64,000 nt of DNA from Octopus bimaculoides. Its lineage: Eukaryota. Both the position numbers and the translations under genes were made by a program. The DNA is taken from the NCBI RefSeq assembly GCF_001194135.2, contig NC_068983.1, forward strand, positions 94,686,976 to 94,750,975, written 5' to 3'. Below, piece by piece: positions 1 through 12,848 of the stretch. Every line of letters begins with the position of its first letter. Within the stretch, counting starts at the first letter, position 1. Below the pieces are notes generated by a model that did no database searches, had not been told where the DNA came from, and worked only from the letters and a program-made list of their open reading frames with translations.

Positions 1-284
1 TCAGGCTAGCCTGATAGACTCACATTTGGATTTTTATGTATTCTCTCTCAAAATGGTGTACCTCATGTGTCACCCGCACAAGAGCCAGTCCAGGGACACT
101 TGCAACGATCTCGCTCGAAAATCCTANNNNNNNNNNNNNNNNNNNNNNNNNNNNNNNNNNNNNNNNNNNNNNNNNNNNNNNNNNNNNNNNNNNNNNNNNN
201 NNNNNNNNNNNNNNNNNNNNNNNNNNNNNNNNNNNNNNNNNNNNNNNNNNNNNNNNNNNNNNNNNNNNNNNNNNNNNNNNNNNN

Positions 285-458
285 CCAAAACGACTGAGAG
301 ACTTGCACAGAGTAGATGCGAGTGTCTTCAAAACAAAACTGGATCTCCCTTTGTCAAGTGTTCTGGATGAGCCTATCTCACAGCAGGAAATGTTGATGAT
401 GGCAGCAACATCAAACTTCTTTCACCAGCTGTCACATATCAGAGGAGGTTTCAAGTAG
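285..458 (+). mobile_element. 3' end of a LINE ORF2 (CR1/L2-like), truncated
   Basis: PKRLRDLHRVDASVFKTKLDLPLSSVLDEP...AATSNFFHQ resembles the C-terminal tail of CR1/L2/Jockey-group ORF2 (LPxxLRxL...FKxxLDxxLxxxPDEP). Confidence 0.6.
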
Positions 459-1879
459 TGAAGGTTTATCAAAGCTAATAGCAGTGCCCAGCATGGCCAT
501 AGCTCTTAAGCTGAAATTAGTTAAGAGTTATACCCACTATATAAATGAGTGTATGTATGTGTGTATATCACCGAAAGGCTCTGAAATGGATTTGATTTTC
601 AAAATCTGCATCTAAGATTATACGTCTCTTTCACTTGTGTCTTCTCTATCATCTCTGTTTTAGAGGGGTANNNNNNNNNNNNNNNNCAGAGGTGGTGGAT
701 CTTTGTTATTGTTAAGGGTATATAATGTAGTAACAATAGCCAAGTTATTTCTTATTGGATGATAGATTATAAACCAGTTTGTCATTGCCACCTAGCCTCT
801 TGGTGCCTTTACAGAATCCATTCTGTTGTAAGCATTGAAATAAGGTTTCCAGGACACCAGTTTTGGAGTCCCTATAAAGGGTTCCAGGCACTGCCTTTCC
901 CCTGTGGCTAAACAATAGAAAAAGAAATGAAAAAGAACGCAGTGATTGAAAATACTNNNNNNNNNNACGCAGTGATTGAAAATACTAGACCCATTTTCAG
1001 TCTGAGAACCGTTATCTGTAGAACAGTGAGTGTATTGTGATTCAAATTGGAAACATTTCTTAATTCTTCAAGTACCAGTTGAGTACTGGGGTTGGATGTG
1101 ATTGACTTGCACCCTCACCCCGAGTTTGCTGGCCTTGTTTCAAAATTTGAAATCAATATTCAATCTCTCAATCATTTTACATTTTTTATTTTATTTATTT
1201 ACTTCTGTTTTTGTATGAAAGAGGCATTGTCCATGAGCTTTGCAAGTACTCTGAGTTTGAAGAGATTGATGCCTCTGACACTTAGCTCAAACNNNNNNNN
1301 NNAAGTACTCTGAGTTTGAAGAGATTGATGCCTCTGACACTTAGCTCAAACATTTACATCCATGTCAATGTTTGTAACAGTGAAATTTCATTAAAGTCAG
1401 TTAAAGATCAGCTGGTGGTATTAAAATTGAGGAGGAGCTGCATGTTTACCAACCAAAATGAAAAGGTCAAAAAGTCCAAGTGTGTTGTCATGGTTCCAGT
1501 ATTGAGAAGATGTATTTTAAACAGATTAGGGTTAGGGATAGGGACACATATACTGGAATGTGGTGGAAGTTCAGCAGAATGAGGAATGACTGATGGGGGC
1601 TGGGGTGATAGTCCTTAATGAAAAAAATAGCTTGATGAAAGATCAAGACTTTGTTCATTGTAGACTAAATCCATTCAGTTAAGGTTGAGCTTTTCATGAG
1701 AGTCATGTTTAGTTTACTGTTGGAGAAATGTTCCTATTAGTCAAGTAGTACAGAAACATCAGTGCTGAAGCTTTTACATCTCCAGTAAACTGATTTTATA
1801 AAGTGAAAACGATGTCCATCATCAAAAGAACTTGCCTGCTCATCCAGTTAGCATATAAGTGGCTGTGCATTTTAGATAT

Positions 1880-2096
1880 GTCTACATTTAAGCCAGCTAA
1901 ATCCAGCCCAAAGATTCTGTTTTATGTTCAAACCAACCAGAGCTAGCTTCTCACACCTACCCTACAATGTCATTCTAAAAATAAATAAACAAATATATCA
2001 TCAATATCTCAAAACTATGAGATAATGCATGATTAATATTTTTAAATGTGAATAAATAAGTATTACATTTGTTAGAGTAGTCTGAATACTTAAGGG
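1880..2096 (-). mobile_element. piggyBac-type MITE copy (reverse orientation)
   Basis: Reverse complement of the ccctttagcattcagattactct...aatgctaaaggg family seen at 10837, 11605 and 42623. Confidence 0.6.
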
Positions 2097-5000
2097 TTGG
2101 TGTAATTCTTAGGCAGAATCAGCATGATACAGTGTGTAACAAGGCTAGACTTTTGAATTACATGTACAACCCATCCATCAAACTTCCACACTGTTTTCTT
2201 CAACCCAATTTCATTCATAAGGCTTGGGTTGACCAGAGATTACAATAAATGATACTTGCCCAAGATGTCCCTCAGTGGAGTTGAATACAGGATCTTGTGA
2301 TTGCAAAATGAACTTTTAACTCTATGACTATGCTGCAGCTATGAAATCAGTACAAACAGATTTACAAAATCAGATGTCATTTTCCATAAACAAATGGTCA
2401 ATGTTTCTTGTGTCCAAGAATGTTGCTTGCCCCTTGATTGAGTAGTAGTTCATGTTAATGACTGAGAAGACTATTTTTGGCTTATTGTTGATCCAGTGNN
2501 NNNNNNNNTCATGTTAATGACTGAGAAGACTATTTTTGGCTTATTGTTGATCCAGTGATGAAACTACTGTTGGATGGCATTTTTGTTTTTGTGTTTTATT
2601 ATTACAATTTTTTATTCTACTGGACAATATTTTCCTTGCAGCTCACAGGCAGCTTTGAACATTTTCAATTTTATATAAATATATTAAGGAAATCTCTAAT
2701 TTCTATTATAACTAGAATTAATCATTTGTTGACCAGAATCAAATATACTTTCATTTACATTCTAAAACAATAAAACATTCTCCCCACATTACCAATGGTA
2801 TTTAAAGTAATAGCATTTCTGATGTTGGTTATCATATTATAGAAAATTGGAACATATTTTTAAAAGATTTTAATGATAAACCATTTTCTAATGTTGGTAG
2901 GATTGAAATCCTATGTAATTTAGTGAAAAATATGTATTACAATTATTTAAGACTGTGAAATATCATTTTGACTGATGAAAAATCCATCAGTGTGAAATTT
3001 AAATTGTGTATATTCCCAACTTGTCAGCTATGAGTATGACTTCACGTAACAAGCTTTCACTAACTGTTTTAAGTAACTATAGAGTTGTGAACAGATATAA
3101 TGACACTCCCCTTAGTCCTCCTATTCTTGATTCATTGCAACATCCAGGAAGTGACCACTGGAGACAGGTAAAGGGCTGAATTAACACTCAAGTGGTATTT
3201 GTTTTCAGCTGAGTAAACTAGAGCAAAGTTAAATGAAATGTCTTACTCAAGGATAATGTGCTAACCAGTTCAGGAATCAAACCTACACTATCATGATTAT
3301 CAGCCCGGCATATGTTTTGTGTAGAAGGGTCTGCAACATGGAGGTTTTTGTTGCAGTTATTGAAAAGATCAACCTGATGAACTTTAAAAAATAACAAGTA
3401 GGAAATTCCATACCTATGGTGTTCTTTAAAGAAGCAACTTTTTTTTATATTTAAACATGAAAATGGGTGTTTAGCAGAACTGAGTGTTAGATAAAATGCC
3501 TTGTGGTATTATTTCTTTCATTTCTACATTTTGAGTTCAAATCCTTTAGAGGTCAACTATGCCTTTTATCATTTCCGAGTTGATAAAATAATGCACCAGT
3601 CAAGATTAATCAATCGGTCCCCCATTCCCCTCTCCCTTGAAATTTTTGGCTTCGCCCCTATATAAGAAATCATTTAAACATTAAAATTCATTGGAGCAGT
3701 GAATCTAGAATTAAGAGTAGCTATGAATAGAAAATATGTTAAGAGTAATAAATCTTAGAGTATGTACAATTGGATCTAAATGTGTGTATTTGAAGACACA
3801 AGTGGTCTATTAATACTGATTGTATGTAAAATAGGTCTTCAAACTTATACCTAAGGTTGCATACAGACAACTCCACCACCTTATGAGGAAGTAACTAATC
3901 TTTAATAGGTACTTTTGTTGAATACCTGCTAAAGATTATGACTGAACTTGTATAAGGGAAGCTACACAAGTTGAAGTATGGATTTAGACTCCTCAATCAC
4001 CCTGCATTTTCTAATCTCTCCTTGTCTCCTACTACTACTCTTCTCTTTCATCATTATTTTAAAATTAAATTTACTTGCTGATGAATAGTCATTGGTGTTG
4101 AAAAATGTAATATATTTCTCTAATTAATGTAACTATCTTCATGTTATATTTCTTTTAACACAGATGCTTTTATAAATAGAAGTTATGTGGGTCACATAAG
4201 GATAATAGTATAATTAGAATCTCTGCCTTCTCTCACTATCCTTAGAGATTATAGATCAATCTGTATTTAGATTATTCATGAAGAAAACAGTTTAACTGCA
4301 GCTGCCACCAACATTTTGTTTCATTTCATATCAAACATATAAACTATTATAATTTGTTAGAGGACCAAGATTTAAAATATTTTGTTGTGGCATTCTTTTA
4401 GTTTCTCTTCTGCAAAATATTTATGTAAAATAAATAACAGATTAAATTGTAAGCATGGCTCTGTTTGTGTGTGTGAGTGTGTGTGATAAAGAAGTAAAAT
4501 CCAATGTGGAACAAAGAACTGAAACAAATGTTTCTTTTAAGCTTCGTGGTTACGATCTTCCCAAAACTTTAGGTATACATACAAAATACCCAACACTCTT
4601 AAATCCACTGTTTTATCTTCTGCATAGATACAATGAGAATGACTTAGCTTCTTATATTTCAATTTTTCTTCATTTTTTTTTTTTTGTATCACTGTTTCAG
4701 AATACTTTTATCTTTTTTTTATATCATTAACTACAAGGTAAAATTTCTCAGCTATGCCTTCTACAAAACATCTAATCTGAAACTCTATTATCTCTGCGGA
4801 CTCCCAGTGTGGGGGCTCTCAAAATGATAGTACAATGAAATTGTTAGACTAGATTATAGTAATCTTTTTTTATCAAACATTCTCATTTAAAACTGCTTGT
4901 AATGTTAGTTTTTCATATTTAACAGTACTTAACTATACACATTAATGACTCTTATATTATTTATATCTACTCAAGTCTTATACAATCAGGCCCACTATTA

Positions 5001-5909
5001 CTTCCAGTTGCTTGACCTAAATGATCTGCTAGAAATATAATTCAAACCTTACCACTTAAAAAAAAAAACAACAATTTTGATAAAGTAGTCTTAGGGCACT
5101 GTTTGTGGGAAAAGCTGATCATTGAGAATGTCTTTTGATCATAGTTTTGCCAGGTAGGGTTGATCTGGAGATAAAACAAAGTGGCCACCACTTTAGACAG
5201 GTTCAGTGAGTTGGCCATAGTTAACTTAACAGGACCATTTGAGTGATGCTTTCAATTCTGATGTGTAAATTTCTTCAATAGGGTGATTGACTCTCTCCAC
5301 CCCCACCCCCAAAAACTTAGGGGTGGGGTTAACAAATTAATTCCTGATTAAACACATTCATACTAATTTAGGATTATCTAGTTTATCGAATATCCTTAAT
5401 ATTTTATACTTATTTGTCCTCAAAATACTAAAGTAAAGTCTGGAGGCTAATAATACCAACATATTTGTTTTATGTCCATCTTTTTCCATGTTGGCAAAGT
5501 TTTGATAGATACTTATTTGAGGTAGTATTTTATCTAGATGTCTTTCTTGTCACTAACCCACACCTGTTCTTCAAGTAAGGGATATTTTTTTTATTCCACT
5601 AGACTTCAAAAGCACAGAGCTACAGGATGCATTGTTTGTAAGGAATGTAAACATGACATCACTGATTTTGCTGATTTCTGCAAAGGTGCAGAAANNNNNN
5701 NNNNNNNNNNNNNNNNNNNNNNNNNNNNNNNNNNNNNNNNNNNNNNNNNNNNNNNNNNNNNNNNNNNNNNNNNNNNNNNNNNNNNNNNNNNNNNNNNNNN
5801 NNNNNNNNNNNNNNNNNNNNNNNNNNNNNNNNNNNNNNNNNNNNNNNNNNNNNNNNNNNNNNNNNNNNNNNNNNNNNNNNNNNNNNNNNNNNNNNNNNNN
5901 NNNNNNNNN

Positions 5910-7318
5910 AAACTACCTGCATCAACTTACTATGAATGTAGGTAGTAATTTTACCTTGTGCTTGTCCTTAGTGCAAGTTTTGAAGAGTGCAGTTCGATTT
6001 TAAGTTATTTTTTCAANNNNNNNNNNNNNNNNNNNNNNNNNNNNNNNNNNNNNNNNNNNNNNNNNNNNNNNNNNNNNNNNNNNNNNNNNNNNNNNNNNNN
6101 NNNNNNNTTCAATAAAGGCAACAACGCAACGGAAAGTGTGAGGAATATTAATGCAGTTTATAAGAATTGCACAATAAGCGTAAATACATGTCAACAATGC
6201 TCCTGAAATTCCAAGCCAGAAACTACAGCCTAGAAGACGAGCCTCGTCCTGGAANNNNNNNNNNCCAGAAACTACAGCCTAGAAGACGAGCCTCGTCCTG
6301 GAAGATCTGTAGAGATTGACAAGGATATCTTACAAACCTTGATGGAACAAAACCCCATCGTAACTGTTGAGGAACTAGCAGAGAAGCTTGGANNNNNNNN
6401 NNGTTGAGGAACTAGCAGAGAAGCTTGGATTTGGTCATTCAACCATTCATTGGTACCTGCGTGTCATCTGAAAAGTCAGCAAATTGAGTAAATGGGTTCC
6501 TCACAAACTTTCTGAGTCTAATCACACACAAAGGGTGAATGTGTGCCCTTCTTTGCTGTCAAGTCTGATGAATGAACCTTTTTTGGATCAAATAGTGACT
6601 GGTGACAAGAAATGAGTTCTCTATAAAAATGTCAAGCACCGAAACAATGGGTAGGGAAAAGAGAAACACTGGCACTCTAGGCTAAAGAAGGTTTTCACCT
6701 ATGTAAGGTGTTGTTATCTGTTTGGTGGNNNNNNNNNNAAAGAAGGTTTTCACCTATGTAAGGTGTTGTTATCTGTTTGGTGGGATATAAAAGACTTAGT
6801 CCACTTTGAACTTTTAAACCTAAACCAAACAACAACAAAAGAGATCTACTGCAAGCAACTTGAACGGGTCAAGTCAGCACTAAAAGAAAAACAACCATCT
6901 TTGGTTTCAAGATGAAAGGTGTTCTATAAGGATAATGCTTGGCCACATATTGCAAAGATGACATTTGAAAGGCTGGACAATTTGAAATGATGTCCCACCC
7001 ACCATATTCGTCAGACATTGCCCCTTCTGATTATCATTTATTCTGCAGTCTTCAAAATCATTTGGACAGAAANNNNNNNNNNNNTGTAGATGAGGTCAGA
7101 ACAGTACTGGAGGAGTATTTTTCATCACAGACAAATGAATTTTGGAAGAGAGGCCTTGCAAATCTACCAGATAGACAGGAGTGCATTGTAGAAAATGAAG
7201 GAGAGTATATTTTAGATTAAAAAAGAACTNNNNNNNNNNAAGAACTTTGTTTATCTTAATTTTGAAAAATAAAAGAAATATAAAAAAAAAAAACCACATT
7301 ATTTATGGGATGACCCAA
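5910..7318 (+). mobile_element. Decayed mariner (D,D34D) transposon, nearly full length, with stops and frameshifts
   Basis: Translated pieces include SLEDEPRPGR, KWVPHKL, IVTGDKK, VLLSVWWD, DNAWPH and HPPYSSDIAPSDYHLFCSLQN. The right TIR ...atttatgggatgacccaa is followed by TA at 7319-7320. The left TIR probably lies in the N gap. Confidence 0.92.
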
Positions 7319-7986
7319 TAGATGAAACTTTCCTAAGATGATATGCAGTAGGTTGGAGCCCCCAAACCAGTAGTTGTGAAGCAAATGCCATATTCACTCA
7401 CCCATGTCTGCACCAGGAGTTCAAATCTGTTATTTGTTTTGCATTTCTGTGTAGGACAATTTATTTTACATTATTTTAGTTCACCTATCTGACAAGGGTA
7501 TGCGCTATATCTCTTGAGAATGTTAGCATCACTGAGGAGATTTTGCACTCCAGGAAATTTTAGTATGGCTTGAATTCTAGAGATAGTGCACTGAGGAGAA
7601 TAATTCTAACTTGATTTTAAGAAGCAGCTTGTGGTTAGAGTAAAGGTGTCTCCTACACACTAAAAGATGGTGATGGCTTATCAAAGTAAGTTGGACAATA
7701 TGGTAGCCTGTCCCCAAAGTTAATTGTAAGAGAAAATTAGAATCTTTTGTGCTATTATGATATTTAATGGCTGATAATAGGAGTTAACCATGAACAGTTG
7801 AAAGAGGCCAGAGAAAGTAAAGCTTGAATTGTTAAGAACATTTTAATGAACTACAACAAAGAGTTCAATGATTATATATAATCGCTTTTCAGAGAAATTG
7901 GTCATCTGAGCATGACTTTTTAAAGCAATCTAGATTTCAGCCAAAACAAGGCTCTTTTCTAGATTTTCAAGGAAATTTCTGTTTAA

Positions 7987-8031
<45 letters not shown>

Positions 8032-8390
8032 NNNNNNNNNNNNNNNNNNNNNNNNNNNNNNNNNNNNNNNNNNNNNNNNNNNNNNNNNNNNNNNNNNNNN
8101 NNNNNNNNNNNNNNNNNNNNNNNNNNNNNNNNNNNNNNNNNNNNNNNNNNNNNNNNNNNNNNNNNNNNNNNNNNNNNNNNNNNNNNNNNNNNNNNNNNNN
8201 NNNNNNNNNNNNNNNNNNNNNNNNNNNNNNNNNNNNNNNNNNNNNNNNNNNNNNNNNNNNNNNNNNNNNNNNNNNNNNNNNNNNNNNNNNNNNNNNNNNN
8301 NNNNNNNNNNNNNNNNNNNNNNNNNNNNNNNNNNNNNNNNNNNNNNNNNNNNNNNNNNNNNNNNNNNNNNNNNNNNNNNNNNNNNNNNNN

Positions 8391-9203
8391 GCTTCTTTTG
8401 GCTGTCTCCACACGTATACTCAGCCGGTGGTTGGAAATAAAGCAAAGGATGACTTGTCCGAGAAAATAACATCCTTCCACTGCTCTAGGGACCAATTCTG
8501 TAGGCTTTTGCTCCACACTAAACGCTTTGCAATGTTTGTTTTTAAAAGTAGTGGTTCTTTGATTGCAGCCCTCCTGTGAAATCCAGCTTTGTGCACCTCC
8601 CATTGAAAAGTTTTTGTGTAACTGGGTTCTTGAGGTGGTCATTAAGCTCTGCAGTAAGTTTGGGAGCTGNNNNNNNNNNTGAGGTGGTCATTAAGCTCTG
8701 CAGTAAGTTTGGGAGCTGTACTTTTGTGAGCCTTTCTAACAATTCACGTGAGAGTCCAACGGTCTCTATCTGAAAGTTTTGGTTTTCTTCCGGAGTTTTG
8801 NNNNNNNNNNNNNNNNNNNNNNNNNNNNNNNNNNNNNNNNNNNNNNNNNNNNNNNNNNNNNNNNNNNNNNNNNNNNNNNNNNNNNNNNNNNNNNNNNNNN
8901 NNTGATACACCAAACATTTCGGCTGTTTTCGTTATGCTAGCACCTGCCATACAAACACCAACAATTTGACCTCTTTGAAAGTCCAATAGATCTTTCATTT
9001 TAATGAATTTCAATTACCTTTTTCTGATATCTTAAAAGAAACAGCAATTTTAGCAAAACATATTAAGCAACACTNNNNNNNNNNNNNNNNNNNNNNNNNN
9101 NNNNNNNNNNNNNNNNNNNNNNNNNNNNNNNNNNNNNNNNNNNNNNNNNNNNNNATTATGATGCTATGATGCTAGGTGTTTCCATTATTTTGTCCAACCC
9201 CAA
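8391..9203 (-). mobile_element. Decayed Tc1-family transposon (5' part)
   Basis: The minus strand reads MKDLLDFQRGQIVGVCMAGASITKTAEMFGVS...NSGRKPKLSDRDR..., GRAAIKEPLL...WKDVIFSDKSSFALFPTTG*VYVWRQPKE. The terminus ggggttggacaaaataatggaaacacc is typical of Tc1 TIRs. Confidence 0.88.
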
Positions 9204-9238
9204 TATATCTATATATATATATATGAGAGCGAGAGAGA

Positions 9239-9683
9239 TGGTGTGGTAAGAAGCTTGCTTCCCAACCACAAGGTTCCGGGTCCAGTCTCATTGCATAGCA
9301 CCTTTGAGCAAGTATCTTCTACTATAGCTCTGGCTGACCAAAGCCTTGTGAGTGAATTTGGTAGATAGAAACTGAAAGAAGNNNNNNNNNNGAGTGAATT
9401 TGGTAGATAGAAACTGAAAGAAGCCCATCATATATATATATTTATGTGTGTGTGTGTTTCTGTTTGCCCTCCTCCACTATCACTTGATAACCAATGTCGG
9501 TGTGTTTATGTCCCTGTAACTTAGCAGTTTGGCAAAAGAGACCAATACAAGTAGTACTGAGCTTACAAAGAATAAGTCCTAGGGTCGATTTCTTCGACTA
9601 AAACCCTTTAAGGCAGTGCTCCAGCATGGCTGCNNNNNNNNNNGCTGCAGTCAAATGACTGAAACAAGTAAAAGAATAAAAGT
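9239..9683 (+). mobile_element. tRNA-derived SINE (family A; tggtaagaagcttgcttcccaaccac...gaaacaagtaaaaga)
   Basis: A/B-box-like head (tggtaagaagc...ggttccgggtccagtc) and high similarity to copies at 11323, 15705, 17511, 35965, 43680 and 47251. Confidence 0.8.
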
Positions 9684-10836
9684 ATATATATATCTTTCAT
9701 ATGATGGGTCCAAGGACTGCATTGTGCTCCTATGTCTGCTTTGTCTTGGTCTCTATGACTGGATACCACTTTGCAGTGTGTACTGGGTGCTTTTCTCATG
9801 TCACCAGCACTAGTGAGGGGCCATGCAGCTTTCAAGCCTACGAAACCCATGGGGTGGGGCTTTACGCTAGCAGATGAGGGTTAAGGTATAAAAGAAGGGT
9901 TTGGGACAGAGCAAGTTCTTGTAGGAGAACTACATTGCTACTTGCATTTAGAAGAGAGTTAGAAATGAAATCACATAGTAGCTGATCAAGCATACAATTA
10001 TGAATAATGGCAGTGTTTTTGATAGGTTTAGATTTTTGTTCCCTTTCAGAATACTTGAAAATTTAAATCTTTCTATTGCTGGATCATTAAATATAGATCT
10101 TTTTTAATTTGTTAAAAAGGACACTTTTTCAGGTGACCAATTTCTCTGAAATGTACAGGAATGAATAGCTTCAAATAGCTAGTATAATTTTTGAATATTA
10201 TGATTATTCAATAATTGTCCCATCCATTTTGAAAGAGTTAGTATAATTATTGAATATTGTATTATAATTATTGAATTGTTGAAATACTCTTTTTCATGAG
10301 AAATACAATGAAGTTGTTTCATGTGACTGAAATTACAATGTACCTTATTGTATCCTTAGTTTTAAAAAGTATGAATCGTATCGCTATTAGGCTGAATTTT
10401 TTCCATTGTTTGTTTTCATAAACATGACATTTGTATTATATGAATAAAACTAGTTTTATTAGTATCAATGAATTCTGTTGTGTATTATAGTTTTTATATT
10501 CAATTTTAAGTGCAGCCTGCTCTTTTTAGTATAATAATCTACTAATATTTTCATCTTGTATGTGGGAATGGTGTATTTTTGCACACTTACAAAATACACA
10601 CTCTTATATACTTGAGTGTGGAATCACCTATGTTTGATGCTTCAAGTAGCAACAGTGAAGCTTTGGCTTCAGCTCAATGGGGACTTCTATATGCTTGTTC
10701 CACCTGCTATAAATAGCAGCCAAAGTCCCTTCAAATGACACTCAACCCATCTTAAAAAAATGGAAGGCTATGTTTGACAATGTACTCATAGATACACTTC
10801 ATTGATCATTGTTCTAATTCATCATGGTTGACTTAG

Positions 10837-11114
10837 CCCTTTAGCATTCATATTACTCTATTAAATGTAATGCTTATTTATTCATTCTATTTTGAATTAA
10901 TCATGCGTTATCTTGTAGCACTGAGATTTCAATGATGCAATTGTTTATTTTTAGAATGACATTGTAGGGTANNNNNNNNNNGATTTCAATGATGCAATTG
11001 TTTATTTTTAGAATGACATTGTAGGGTAAGTTTGAGAGGCTGAATCTGGTCAGTGTGAGCATAAAACTGGTAAAATATTTGAGCCAGATATGGCAAGTTT
11101 AAATGCTTAAAAAG
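10837..11114 (+). mobile_element. piggyBac-type MITE copy
   Basis: Starts ttag|ccctttagcattc and ends aaatgcttaaaaag|ttaa. Same internal sequence as 42623-42833. Confidence 0.65.
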
Positions 11115-11322
11115 TTAAGGCTAGATGACCACAAACCAACTCTTNNNNNNNNNNAGTTTAAATGCTTAAAAAGTTAAGGCTAGATGACCACAAACCAACT
11201 CTTTCTTTTGTCTACACCAGTTATGGTGAATCTATGACACACATCAGCAGTGGCACGTGGACTTTCTCAGCAATATAATGCTATAAAAAGCTCATTAAAT
11301 TTGACTATAAAATTTGAAAATG

Positions 11323-11570
11323 GTGTGGCTTTGTGGTGAGACATTTGCTTTCCTACCACATGGTTCTAGGTTCAGTCCCACTACATGGCATCTTGGATGA
11401 GCATCATCTACTGCAGCCCTTGGCCAACCAAAGGTTTGCGAATGGATTTAGTAGACAGAAACTGAAAGAAGCCCATCATAAATGTATTTATCTATATGTG
11501 TGTGTTTTTGTGTTAGTCCCCTGCCACTGTTTGACAACTGGTGTTGGTTTGGTTACATTGCTATAACTTA
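11323..11570 (+). mobile_element. tRNA-derived SINE family A (3'-truncated or interrupted)
   Basis: Similar to 9239-9683. Confidence 0.7.
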
Positions 11571-11604
11571 ATCTTTCAATACTTTTATGTCAAACCACTA
11601 AATA

Positions 11605-11816
11605 TTCTTTAGCATTCAGATTACTCTGTCAAATATAAGGCTTATTTATTCACATTNNNNNNNNNNNNNNNNNNNNNNNNNNNTAGCTTCAAGATTTCAA
11701 TAATGTGATTATTTATTTTTACAATAAGGTAGGTGAGAGAGCCTGAATTTGGCCAGTTTGAACATAAAATAGGTAGAATATTTTGGTCAGATAAAGCTTG
11801 TTTAAATGCTAAAGGG
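11605..11816 (+). mobile_element. piggyBac-type MITE copy
   Basis: ctttagcattcagattactctgtc...aaatgctaaaggg followed by TTAA at 11817-11820. Confidence 0.7.
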
Positions 11817-12761
11817 TTAAAAAAGTAAATACTGGGGTCAGTTCATTTAACTAAAGCCTTTCTAGTCAGTGCCCCAGTATGGTCACAGTCCAATGAATGA
11901 AATCAGAAAACGATAAGATAAAAGTTTCCAGAATTTGTATTTTACAGTGATATCTAATGATGCAGCATTTTATATTACACTCTGTAAATTAAATTAAATT
12001 ACAGATTAATGAATTAGCAACTCATCATTGGTCACTCAAGCAAGCTGACACAATAACACCAGTATTTAACTTTTTTCTCCCCTGCAGTTCTTTCACTCTT
12101 GTTTGCTAGACCACTTTAATGGCAACAGCTAATAAAATAAAAATTGAATTATTATAGCAAAGATGTAGACAAAATTTTTGAGTTAGGCGGACTGACCAAT
12201 ATAGCAATGTTGATAAATGTGATGAAGTTTTTTTGTATATTGCATGAGGAGCTAGTTGTGAGTAGAACTTGAAATATAAAATGACATTTGACACTAAGTG
12301 CCAGTTGCTCCTGGAGGAAAAAGTATTTGAAGACTGCAAAAAATATATATTCCGACAACTAAAGTGGAAACACCCCCAATCAAAGATTTTGCACAAACAT
12401 CACAAAAACATATATACAATACCTTACCTTCTCTACTCATGAAAAGCAATTAAAATGCTCAAACTATATAAACATTAAGTCTTTAGGATGACATCACATG
12501 TTTAGTATTTATTAGACTATGTTAATTTGTTTGCTTTCCAAAGCTAGAAAATACTGTAGTTGATGGCATGTGAAGCCCACAAGCATATAAGATTCCTCCA
12601 TCTCTATACCACACAGAAATGCATGCAATTTCAGCCTGAAATATTAAATGTTTTTTTGGTTTTTTTAAATATGTAGCTACATTCCTGCTGAAAAACTTGG
12701 ACAAAACATACAACTAGGATATCAGAAATTTTTTTTTTAATAATACTACTGTAATTTCATA

Positions 12762-12764
<3 letters not shown>

Positions 12765-12799
<35 letters not shown>

Positions 12800-12809
12800 N
12801 NNNNNNNNN

Positions 12810-12845
<36 letters not shown>
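12765..12845. repeat. (TA)n microsatellite (similar tracts at about 7990, 17730, 18198, 21395, 38072, 47168 and 48738)
   Basis: Read directly; most tracts abut N gaps. Confidence 0.95.

Positions 12846-12848
<3 letters not shown>

Noticed and set aside
1526-1543. TTAGGGTTAGGGATAGGG telomere-like motif
   Set aside because: Only two perfect units, too short to call an interstitial telomere.
2971-2996. CTGATGA...GAAA motif (ctgatgaaaaatccatcagtgtgaaa)
   Set aside because: No stem II closes between the core halves (CTGATG pairs with CATCAG instead), so it is not a hammerhead.
3100-3168. MTLPLVLLFLIHCNIQEVTTGD followed by gtaaag, resembling a signal-peptide first exon
   Set aside because: It appears to run into a SINE-like repeat (ggtaaagggctgaattaacactcaagtggtatttg), and no partner exons were found.
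9239-9310. tRNA-like A/B boxes at SINE heads
   Set aside because: They are heads of multi-copy SINEs without a complete cloverleaf, so they are not tRNA genes.
9608-9850. Minus-strand ORF containing KAAWP, reminiscent of HSD17B4 TRAAWP
   Set aside because: The surrounding residues do not match, there are no proper splice sites, and the sequence lies in SINE/RTE-tail repeats.
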